64,000 nucleotides of DNA, from the IMG/VR virus record IMGVR_UViG_3300021364_000008, positions 35,004-99,003 of that record; one strand, written 5' to 3'. The position numbers and the translations under genes are program-made. Each line of letters starts with the position of its first letter. Position 1 is the first letter of the stretch. Positions 46,342 through 55,172 of the stretch are shown one piece after another. The notes under the pieces are model-generated. The model saw only the letters and a list, made by a program, of their open reading frames with translations, had not been told where the DNA came from and did no database searches. Source of the stretch: a virus.

Positions 46342-46507
46342 AGATTTTGATCCTTTAAGAGTTCAACCTTTTGATCCCAATATAGATTATCCAGAAGGAT
46401 ATTATGTGAATAGACCAATATTACCTAATGAATTAGATATACCATTTAGATAAACACATTTTCAAATGCATGATAAATAAAGTATCTGAATTCATCATTC
46501 ATTTAAT

Positions 46508-47227
46508 ATGCCATTACCAAAAATTGTTACTCCAACTTATGAGTTGGAATTACCTTCAACTGAACAGACAATAAAATACAGACCATTCCTAGTCAAAGAA
46601 GAAAAAGTTCTTGTTATGGCTATGGAAACTGAGGATACTAAACAAATCACAAATGCTGTTAAGACAGTCCTTAAAAACTGCATTGAAACCAAAGGAATTA
46701 AAGTAGAAACTTTACCAACATTTGATATTGAATATTTATTCTTAAATATTAGATCAAAATCTGTTGGGGAAGAAGTTGAAGTCAATATCATTTGTCCTGA
46801 TGATGGAGAAACTGAAGTTCCAGTTACTATTAATGTAGATGATATCAAGGTGGAAAAGGACGAAAATCATTCTACTAAAATTAAAGTTGATGATAATATT
46901 ATGATGGAAATGAAATACCCATCATTAGAACAATTCATCAAAAATAACTTTGATATCTCCGGATCCACAAATATTGATCAGTCATTTGATTTAATTGCTT
47001 CTTGTGTGGATAAAATTTATACTGAAGATGAGGTGTGGTCTACATCAGATGTGACTAAGAAAGAGCTTATTGATTTCTTAGAACAAATGAATAGTGTTCA
47101 ATTCAAAGAAATTGAAAAGTTCTTTGAGACTATGCCGAAACTTCAACATAAACTTGAAGTTGAGAATCCAAAGACTAAAGTAAAATCTGAAGTTGTTCTT
47201 GAAGGGTTAACAAGTTTTTTCGCTTAG
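46508..47227 (+). CDS. gp26: Baseplate hub subunit gp26
   Basis: MPLPKI.TPTYELELPS..IKYRPFLVKEEK and FDIEYLFLNIR.KSVGE motifs. Confidence 0.9.
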   Translation: MPLPKIVTPTYELELPSTEQTIKYRPFLVKEEKVLVMAMETEDTKQITNAVKTVLKNCIETKGIKVETLPTFDIEYLFLNIRSKSVGEEVEVNIICPDDGETEVPVTINVDDIKVEKDENHSTKIKVDDNIMMEMKYPSLEQFIKNNFDISGSTNIDQSFDLIASCVDKIYTEDEVWSTSDVTKKELIDFLEQMNSVQFKEIEKFFETMPKLQHKLEVENPKTKVKSEVVLEGLTSFFA

Positions 47228-47229
47228 GG

Positions 47230-47418
47230 ATGTCCCATATAAACCTAGAGAATTACTTGAGGTTAAATTTTGCCCTAATACAGTATCACAAATGGAGTTT
47301 AACTGAAATTGAGGGGTTAATGCCATGGGAAAGAGACATTTATGTAATTCTTCTCAAGAATCATCTTGAAGAGGAAGAAGAAAAATTAAAGTTAAAACAA
47401 CAAAAAAATGGCTACTAA
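47230..47418 (+). CDS. gp51: Baseplate hub assembly protein gp51
   Basis: NFALIQYHKWSLTEIE.LMPWERDIY. Confidence 0.85.
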   Translation: MSHINLENYLRLNFALIQYHKWSLTEIEGLMPWERDIYVILLKNHLEEEEEKLKLKQQKNGY

Positions 47419-50308
47419 GGCGGAAAGATTAAGAGAAATATATGAATCAAAAATTGGCAAGGATCTTGTCGATAAACTTTCTGATAGTCAGATAAAACTT
47501 ATTTCCGCTTTTTATAACTCTTTGGACAATAAAGAGCAGAGCATTATTGATAGTAGAATAATAATGGGATATGATGATACCGACTTGCACGAGATGGCAA
47601 GAGGTATGGTTGAAGAAGAGGATGAAGAAATCCCTGAAGGTCTTGATGATTTAATTAATGAAGTTGCTGGAAAGCAAACAGCAACTCAACCAAAAAGAAA
47701 AAGAGGAAGGCCAAAAAAGAAAACAGCAAATCCTCCACCTCCACCAGAAGGTCCTGGTAAACTCGTTTTATATAAACCCCCAAAAGATTCTAAAGAAGAT
47801 GATCTTGTAAGTGAAGAAGTTGATGAAAGAATTCTTAAGATGTTGGGTCTTGAGGATGTTTTTGATATTGACTATGGAGATTACTATAATTTATTGAGAG
47901 AAAAACTTATAGAAGTTAGTAAGGGAGATTCTGATGTTTCTACTGAAGATGCTATGCTTCTTCAAGAAGAAATCAAGAGGGTCAGGAATAAAAAACGTCA
48001 AGGTGATATTGGAAAAGTAAAACTAAAGAAGAAAAAAATTACAACAGATAGTTTTATAGATTTTGATGTTGCAAAAAAGATATCTCAACCTACTATAAAA
48101 CAAAAGAAAGATTCTGATATTCCTTCTGGGGAAGATACTGCAAAAAAATCTCAAGAAATATCCGACAAAAAAGAAGAATATAATAATTCAATTTATGAAA
48201 GTATCAGTAAGTCTTTAGATAATATTATTGTAATATTAAAAGATCAATTAAAATTTGATAAAAAAATTTCTGAGAAAGAACGGAAGAAAAAAGAGAGTGC
48301 TAAAAGAAAAAGTAAAGAGGATAAACTTGAAAGTTCTTTTGCAAAAGGAATTAAGGCAGTCTCTGGAGTGGCGAAGAAAGTATTTTCACCACTTCAAGAT
48401 ATTATTAAAAGACTTATAACATTTTTTACTGCAATTTTTCTCGGAAAGGTATTTCAAAATTTAATGGGTTGGTTTTCTGATCCAAAAAATGAAAGTAAGG
48501 TTAAAACTTTAGGAAAATTGTTGAAGACTTTTTGGCCTGCTATTTTATTTGGATTACTTTTATTTACAAATCCACTTGGAAAGTTTGTAAGAGTAATTAC
48601 TGGGATGATTTTGAAGTGGACATTTAAACTTGCTAAGTTTGCAATACCAAAATTATTGAGGTTTGCTAGAAGAAATCCAAAACTGGCAGTAGCAGCTGGA
48701 CTGTTTACTGCAGGTGCAACAATTCCAATGTTATTCCCAGCATCTGTTGATGCTGAAGAAAGAAAAACTGAGGCGGCACCTGGAACTAAAGAGGAAAAAA
48801 TTCAACAACTTAGGCAACAAAAAGAAGGGTTGAATTGGTTTCAAAAAAATGTTCAGGGAATGGGTCCTGAAATTGATGAACAGATTCAGAGACTGGAAAC
48901 TGGAGAAACTGCTTCTTATTCTATGGGTGGACCTATAACTTTGGGTCACGGGTATAATGGTATTGATAATACTACTGGAGAAAGTATTACTGGAGCTGGT
49001 CCCGATACTCAGCTAATTGCAGCAAGACCTGGAGAAGTTGTCTTGACTCCAGAAGATCAGGGGTACATTTATCAAAATACTGGTTTTGATGTTGCAAAAT
49101 ATGTTGGAGATAGAAAACCAAAATTTGTAAAGACAAGTAATTTGAAGTTTTCTAATAAAGGATATTATAAAGGTGGAATGATACCAACTTTTAAGGATGG
49201 TGGTATTGTTGGGGGAAATAAGTTTAATCTACTTAAACCGCAAGCAAGGGTTATTTTTGATAGACTGGTGAAGGGTGGATTGACTAAAACTGCAGCTGCT
49301 GGAATAGTTGCAAATATTGGAGTTGAGACTGGATATACTTATGACCCAAATATTCATCAGCATGGAGGAGGTCCTGGTAGGGGATTAGTTCAGTGGGAAA
49401 GGGGTGGTAGATATGATACTGATCCAATTAATTTAAGATCTTTTGCAGAAAGTCGCAAATCATCTTGGAATGATTTGAATACTCAAATAGATTTTATACT
49501 TCATGAGTTGAATACTCATCCAGAATATAAATTCGTTAAAAAGGAACTTAATTCATCTAAAAATATTCCTACAGCAACTAGAATATTTTTAGAGAAATAT
49601 GAAAAAGCTGGAGTACCTCATATTGAAGATAGATTAAAAGTTGCCAAACAAATTCAAGATGCTGGATATTTAAAACCAAAAGCAGAAGCAAAACCAAAAA
49701 CAGATCCAAAATTGAACAGGGAAAATCTAATCAAAAATCGTCCTTGGTGGGATAAATTTGGTTGGTTTGGTGGTAGATCCGCAGAAATTGAAAGGGAAAA
49801 ACAGAAATCTAAAAATGATCTATTAAAACGATATAAAGCTAAAGGAAAGGAGGGTGGTGGAATTTTTCCAGTTACCACTAAAACTGGAGTTGATATTTCT
49901 GGTATGGGAGCAGATACTCAATATCTACCTCATTATAATATGGCAGTTCAACCTGGAGAAGAAATATTCAAATATGTTCTTACTAAAGATGCGGCAGAAA
50001 AAGGTGCTGGCAACATATTGTTAAATTTTGCAAATAATCTTAATGCAAATTTTGATTCAAATTCTGATGCTGCAAAAATTGGAATGAGAAATAAAAATAT
50101 TTCAGAAGGAGTTCGTCCTTATGAGGTAAATAGTAATGAAACTGGTGGAGTTTCTATGTTGCCTATGGGTGGTATTGGAGGACCTGGAAAGATGCCATAT
50201 TCACAAAATGGTGGTTCTACAGATAGCTTTCATTCTCCAATATGTGAAGCAGGATTATCTGAAAGGCAAAGAATATTGGATATTATAGGAATCTCTGCAT
50301 TTGAGTAG
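47408..50308 (+). CDS. Tape-measure/gp29-like tail protein with phage tail lysozyme domain
   Basis: Charged coiled coil, hydrophobic segment, AAAGIVANIGVET...GRGLVQWE...QIDFI. Confidence 0.7.
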   Translation: MATKAERLREIYESKIGKDLVDKLSDSQIKLISAFYNSLDNKEQSIIDSRIIMGYDDTDLHEMARGMVEEEDEEIPEGLDDLINEVAGKQTATQPKRKRGRPKKKTANPPPPPEGPGKLVLYKPPKDSKEDDLVSEEVDERILKMLGLEDVFDIDYGDYYNLLREKLIEVSKGDSDVSTEDAMLLQEEIKRVRNKKRQGDIGKVKLKKKKITTDSFIDFDVAKKISQPTIKQKKDSDIPSGEDTAKKSQEISDKKEEYNNSIYESISKSLDNIIVILKDQLKFDKKISEKERKKKESAKRKSKEDKLESSFAKGIKAVSGVAKKVFSPLQDIIKRLITFFTAIFLGKVFQNLMGWFSDPKNESKVKTLGKLLKTFWPAILFGLLLFTNPLGKFVRVITGMILKWTFKLAKFAIPKLLRFARRNPKLAVAAGLFTAGATIPMLFPASVDAEERKTEAAPGTKEEKIQQLRQQKEGLNWFQKNVQGMGPEIDEQIQRLETGETASYSMGGPITLGHGYNGIDNTTGESITGAGPDTQLIAARPGEVVLTPEDQGYIYQNTGFDVAKYVGDRKPKFVKTSNLKFSNKGYYKGGMIPTFKDGGIVGGNKFNLLKPQARVIFDRLVKGGLTKTAAAGIVANIGVETGYTYDPNIHQHGGGPGRGLVQWERGGRYDTDPINLRSFAESRKSSWNDLNTQIDFILHELNTHPEYKFVKKELNSSKNIPTATRIFLEKYEKAGVPHIEDRLKVAKQIQDAGYLKPKAEAKPKTDPKLNRENLIKNRPWWDKFGWFGGRSAEIEREKQKSKNDLLKRYKAKGKEGGGIFPVTTKTGVDISGMGADTQYLPHYNMAVQPGEEIFKYVLTKDAAEKGAGNILLNFANNLNANFDSNSDAAKIGMRNKNISEGVRPYEVNSNETGGVSMLPMGGIGGPGKMPYSQNGGSTDSFHSPICEAGLSERQRILDIIGISAFE

Positions 50309-50314
50309 AAATAA

Positions 50315-53300
50315 ATGGCACTACTAGCACTAGCATCAGGAATAGGAAAGAAACTTATAGGAAGCAAGGAGAAAGGTGCTGCAAAGAAAATGCTTCCAGG
50401 AGTAAAGGAAAAACAACAAAAAGTAAAACCTTCAGGGGCGCTTGTAAAAAGAGAACCTGAAGGGGATGCATCTCAAAAGCAAAAAGGTGCATTTAAACCT
50501 ACAGAATCTCTTGTTCCAATTTCCAGCATTTCAAAAAATCTAGAATCTATTAAAGAGCAGGAATCTGAAAATAATTCTTTGTTTAAAATTAAAGAAAAGG
50601 TTATTTCAATTGAAAAACTTTTAGGTGAAAGTTTTAAGTTTAAAAGTAAGCAGAAAGAAACTGAAAGGAAAAAAACTGAAACTACAAGAAGAACTAAAAG
50701 AGAAGAAAAATTAGAGAAAAATAATAAAAAAAGTAAATTTTCAATTTCAATTCCCGGAAAGGGATTATTTGACAATATAATGTCTCGTCTATTTAAGTTC
50801 TTCTTCTTTATTGCTCTGGGTAAGATAATTCCTTTGATTGTGGATTTTCTTCCAAAAATGGAAGGAATTATTAATTTATTGGGAAAGGTTGTTGATATTG
50901 CTGTAAAAATTTTTGGTGGTATTTTGGATGGATTTATAAGTTTTGTTGATTGGGGATTTAAGGTTTATGAACAAGTAAAGGGAATTGCAAAAAGTATTGG
51001 TGGTGAAAATTTAGAGAAGATTTTTGATGGGTTTACTTCCAATCTGGAGAAGTTTTTAAATCTTGCTTTAATTATTGGAATGACTCAAGTGGGTCTTGGT
51101 GATAAAGGTTCTGATGTTGGAAAGGGTGGGGGTGGAAAAAATACTAGAATAAGAGGTGGGAGAAATGTTCCTGGAAGAAGTCGTTATGGGACAAGTTCTA
51201 ATGCAGCAAGAAGATATGCACAAAGATTTGGAAGAGATGCTGCTGTTCGTAGATTTGGTGAGAAAGGTGTTCGTTCATTAGGAGGAAAGTATGCAAGATC
51301 TGGTGCTACAAATCTTGCAAGAAAAGGTGCAGCTGCTACTCTTGGTAGAACTGGTCTCAAAGCTGCTGCTAAGATTATAAAACCTATTGTAGGTAGAATA
51401 CCTTTTATTGGGGGTTTGCTTGAGTTTGGTATTTCTTGGGCAGTAGGAGATCCAGTAGGAAAGGCGGCATTTAGGGGAATTGGTTCAATTCTCGCTGGTG
51501 CTGTCGGCACTGCAATTGGAGGTCCAGTTGGTGCTGCTGTTGGTGCTGTTGTTGGTGGTGAAATTGGTGGTACATTATATGATATGTTTTTTGAAAATAA
51601 AGAACCAAAAAGTGGTTCGGGTAAAGTAAGAGGAAGGGCATTAGGGGGTCAAGTTACAAGAGGTGGAAGAAAAGTTGATGTTCCTATTCAAAGAACAATA
51701 AGAAGAGCACCTAAAGTAAAAACAGAACCTGAGAAGTTTAATGTTAGAATAGAACCTGGAAAGGACGTTGGTGGGGAAGAAAGAATAAAAGAAATTTATA
51801 AAGGAGATCCTTATAAAAAACCTTCTGGTGGATGGATTTTTGGTGGTCCGGTAGTGGATAAGGATAAATATCCTGCATTTTATTTGTTAAAAGATATATC
51901 TAAAACTTTGGGAAATATTCCATTACTTGGAAGTTGGATGAGTTCTGCAATTAATATTGCCTTGGGTCAAGATGTATCAGATAGAGTTTATAGCAATTTT
52001 GCAAATAATTTGGGATTTTTTGTAGAGAGTATTGTTAAAAATAAAGTGGCATCCTCAACATCAAAAATATTTGATGTTATTAGTAGAATGCAAGAGGGGG
52101 GTACAATCCCATCAATTAAGATGATTGAGGATCAAATTGAGGGTGGAAATTTGGCTTCTACACTATCAATTTTAGTTAAACGAGATGTTGATAAGGCACT
52201 TGCAAAAGTAAAAGATAGTTTAAATATATTTAAAGATAAGGATAAAGAACCTGATGATGCCCCTGGTGGTGGTCCTCCTGGCGGTGTTCCTGGTGGTTCT
52301 CCTGGCGGTGAATATGGTGGGTATGCTCCTACGGGAATCCAGAAGGAAATCTATGATTACTTGATTAATGTTAAAAAACTAAGTGATGTTCAAGCACTTG
52401 GACTAATGGCAAATATTTCAAGAGAAAGTGGTTTTAGAACTGATCCTGGTCTTGGATCTGCTGGAGAAATTGGAATGTTCCAATGGAATCCTCAGGTTGG
52501 AAGAGCACAAAAAATGGAAATGGCAGTACCTGACTGGAGAACGAATTGGAAAGGTCAAATTGACTATGCATTAACTGAATATACTGGACCAAAATATGTT
52601 GCAAAGTCTTTTAGAAATGCTCAGGAAGCTGCTGATTGGTGGATGAATGAGTGGGAAAAACCTGCAAATCCTGCTGCTGGATCTAAAATACATGAAGAAT
52701 ATCTTAAAACTGTTCCAAAAGCACCTGATGGGACTGCAAAGTTTAGGGAACCTAAACAAATGTCGCCAGAAATATCACCTGGAGAAAGTAGAGTTTCTGA
52801 AGATATTAAAAACTTCAGGAAGTTTAGAACTCAATTTGGTGCTTCTGAAAATAGAAATCCTACATATGATCCTAATTGGTATCAAATACGTGAGATGGGA
52901 ACTTATGGTAGTGGAAATTATAATATAAGTCCTTTAGCAGATGATACTAATTATGAGATAAATGTTCATAAAGGAGCTGGGCACTGGGAAAATCGTGCCT
53001 TTGATATTCCTGTTCCAGATAGTTCTGCAGAAGGTGATAAAGTAGCTGATTATTGGAGATCGAAGGGATATAAAGTTATTTGGAAATCTAAAGGTCATTA
53101 TAATCACGTTCACGTAGAAGTTCCTAAAGATAAGGCACAAGAATGGTTTAAAATTATTAAGAAGGCAAAGGCAAAACCACAACAAACATCCAGAGAAGGA
53201 GTTAAAACATATAAAGGCCAAACCTATTTCAAGAAAGATAATAAGTATTATGAGGAAGTAAATGGGCGTGTGGTGGAAATTGATAAGAGAATTTATGATA

Positions 53301-53608
53301 TGGTTCCAACTTCGTCAAAACCAACACAGAGATTAAAATCTGCATCAAAAGGAGCTGCAGCTCCTGGATATGGTAAAGAAGGTGGAGGATTGATTTCTCC
53401 AATAAATAAAACAAATATTCCAAATACTTTTGCTTCTTATAATCGACCTGGAGCAAATACTAAAGTTGTATTCATACCAATTCCAATCAACTCTTCATCT
53501 ATGAGTCCATCAGTTAGTAAATCTACAGGATATCTACCCCCTCAAGTGATTTCTTCAAATAGTGCAGGTTTAAGACTCAAACCAATACACGACCTAAGTA
53601 GAGAATAA
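50315..53608 (+). CDS. Second tape-measure-like tail protein with tail lysozyme and M15-like Zn peptidase domains
   Basis: ALGLMANISRES...GMFQW; HWENRAFDI...HYNHVHV (Hx6D, HxH); glycine zipper. Confidence 0.68.
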   Translation: MALLALASGIGKKLIGSKEKGAAKKMLPGVKEKQQKVKPSGALVKREPEGDASQKQKGAFKPTESLVPISSISKNLESIKEQESENNSLFKIKEKVISIEKLLGESFKFKSKQKETERKKTETTRRTKREEKLEKNNKKSKFSISIPGKGLFDNIMSRLFKFFFFIALGKIIPLIVDFLPKMEGIINLLGKVVDIAVKIFGGILDGFISFVDWGFKVYEQVKGIAKSIGGENLEKIFDGFTSNLEKFLNLALIIGMTQVGLGDKGSDVGKGGGGKNTRIRGGRNVPGRSRYGTSSNAARRYAQRFGRDAAVRRFGEKGVRSLGGKYARSGATNLARKGAAATLGRTGLKAAAKIIKPIVGRIPFIGGLLEFGISWAVGDPVGKAAFRGIGSILAGAVGTAIGGPVGAAVGAVVGGEIGGTLYDMFFENKEPKSGSGKVRGRALGGQVTRGGRKVDVPIQRTIRRAPKVKTEPEKFNVRIEPGKDVGGEERIKEIYKGDPYKKPSGGWIFGGPVVDKDKYPAFYLLKDISKTLGNIPLLGSWMSSAINIALGQDVSDRVYSNFANNLGFFVESIVKNKVASSTSKIFDVISRMQEGGTIPSIKMIEDQIEGGNLASTLSILVKRDVDKALAKVKDSLNIFKDKDKEPDDAPGGGPPGGVPGGSPGGEYGGYAPTGIQKEIYDYLINVKKLSDVQALGLMANISRESGFRTDPGLGSAGEIGMFQWNPQVGRAQKMEMAVPDWRTNWKGQIDYALTEYTGPKYVAKSFRNAQEAADWWMNEWEKPANPAAGSKIHEEYLKTVPKAPDGTAKFREPKQMSPEISPGESRVSEDIKNFRKFRTQFGASENRNPTYDPNWYQIREMGTYGSGNYNISPLADDTNYEINVHKGAGHWENRAFDIPVPDSSAEGDKVADYWRSKGYKVIWKSKGHYNHVHVEVPKDKAQEWFKIIKKAKAKPQQTSREGVKTYKGQTYFKKDNKYYEEVNGRVVEIDKRIYDMVPTSSKPTQRLKSASKGAAAPGYGKEGGGLISPINKTNIPNTFASYNRPGANTKVVFIPIPINSSSMSPSVSKSTGYLPPQVISSNSAGLRLKPIHDLSRE

Positions 53609-53609
53609 T

Positions 53610-54947
53610 ATGTCAACTAGACTTACAGTAGAAGCTGGAAGAGCTCAGATAGAAAAATTTGAAATTACATCAAATTATGATGCAGGAACAGAAAACTATG
53701 GACCTCGTTGTGTTGAATTGTGTGTTTATGAAAGTGTTTTTGATTCTACTGTAAGAGCTAAGGGGCAATTTGTAGATGCTGGTTACAATAAATCAAATAT
53801 GTCTGCAAATGATGAAAGGTTTAATATGACTGCAGGTGAAAAAACTGAAATTAAAATTGTAGACGGTCGTGAAAATTATCTAGAATTTACTGGAGATTAT
53901 CAACTTAGAGTTAGAAAGCAACAAAGAGAACAATTTTCAACTCCTTCAAATACTTATGTAAATTTCTTTGCAGACTTTTATTCTAAAGAGTCTATGGAAA
54001 ATCATTTGGTTGAAAAGAGAGCAACAAAAAAGTTTGAAGGATTTCCTGATGAGCATGTTCAAACTTTGATTAGTGATGTTTTAGGAAGTCCTAAAAATAT
54101 TCAAGTAGATCCAACTATCATACCTTACAATTTTCTTGGATATTCTGAAAAGGTTTTTCATCATACTGCAAATCTTTGCAATAAAGGATGTCACGAAAAA
54201 TATTTGGGTAAAACTGCCGGATACTTATTTTACGAAGTTGCAAAGGGAACTGATTCTGAAGGTGGATATAGATATAAATCAATAGATATTTTATTTGAAC
54301 AAGAACCCAAAAGGAAGTATATCTTTAATAATAATGTAAAAACACCTGATGGATATGATGATTCTATTTTAAATTATTATGAGAATGTTTCTATCAATGC
54401 AGATTCTGAACTGATGAGTGGTGCAACTGCTCAATGGAAATCAATAACATTTCAACCATATCTTAAATTGACTGATGAAAATATATTTGACTATAAGGAT
54501 CAGGAGCAGGTTGTAAATAATGCAGGAAAAGAGTTTCATAAAATTGCAAGTGATTTAGAAATTCAAACAAAAGAAACTAGAAAATATACTAGACTATGGG
54601 ATAATAGTGCATTACCTCATGGAAAAAATTGGGCAGAACAACAACCACACTCTAAAGAACTTCTTGGTCCGGGTAATTATGATATTGAGAAATTAATCAG
54701 ACAATCGCATGATAGGTTCAATCAACTTTTAGGAATTCAGATTACTATTTTGATTCCTATGGACTTAACTCTACATGTCGGAGATCTTGTTCAGTGTGAT
54801 CTTCCCCAAGTTGATTCTGAGAAAACTGAAGATTCCAAGAACAGAAGTGGTATATATATGATATTAGATCTTTGTCATAGGATTACTCCTAACACTTCAT
54901 ACACTTCTCTTCATTTATCAAGAGATTCTACAATTTATAAAAAGTAA
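53610..54947 (+). CDS. Baseplate hub protein (gp27-like)
   Basis: VYESVF, GYLFYE and LHVGDLV...SGIYMI..LCH motifs; position before gp5. Confidence 0.65.
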   Translation: MSTRLTVEAGRAQIEKFEITSNYDAGTENYGPRCVELCVYESVFDSTVRAKGQFVDAGYNKSNMSANDERFNMTAGEKTEIKIVDGRENYLEFTGDYQLRVRKQQREQFSTPSNTYVNFFADFYSKESMENHLVEKRATKKFEGFPDEHVQTLISDVLGSPKNIQVDPTIIPYNFLGYSEKVFHHTANLCNKGCHEKYLGKTAGYLFYEVAKGTDSEGGYRYKSIDILFEQEPKRKYIFNNNVKTPDGYDDSILNYYENVSINADSELMSGATAQWKSITFQPYLKLTDENIFDYKDQEQVVNNAGKEFHKIASDLEIQTKETRKYTRLWDNSALPHGKNWAEQQPHSKELLGPGNYDIEKLIRQSHDRFNQLLGIQITILIPMDLTLHVGDLVQCDLPQVDSEKTEDSKNRSGIYMILDLCHRITPNTSYTSLHLSRDSTIYKK

Positions 54948-54952
54948 CCATT

Positions 54953-55171
54953 ATGAAAAAAAGAACCTTATCTCAGCACATAGAGGATGATAAGAATGAA
55001 CTTGATAATCATAATGTAAGTTCTCAAAGAAGAAGGCATTTGCAAAGTGAAATTGAAGATTTGGAGATTTATAAAAATAATCATCCAAATGAAAATAAAG
55101 ATCCAACATCATTAGAATTGTATTGTGATTTAAATCCAGAAGCTCCAGAATGTAGAATTTACGAAGATTGA
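54953..55171 (+). CDS. cp12: CP12 Calvin-cycle regulator
   Basis: C-terminal LELYCDLNPEAPECRIYED. Confidence 0.88.
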   Translation: MKKRTLSQHIEDDKNELDNHNVSSQRRRHLQSEIEDLEIYKNNHPNENKDPTSLELYCDLNPEAPECRIYED

Positions 55172-55172
55172 T

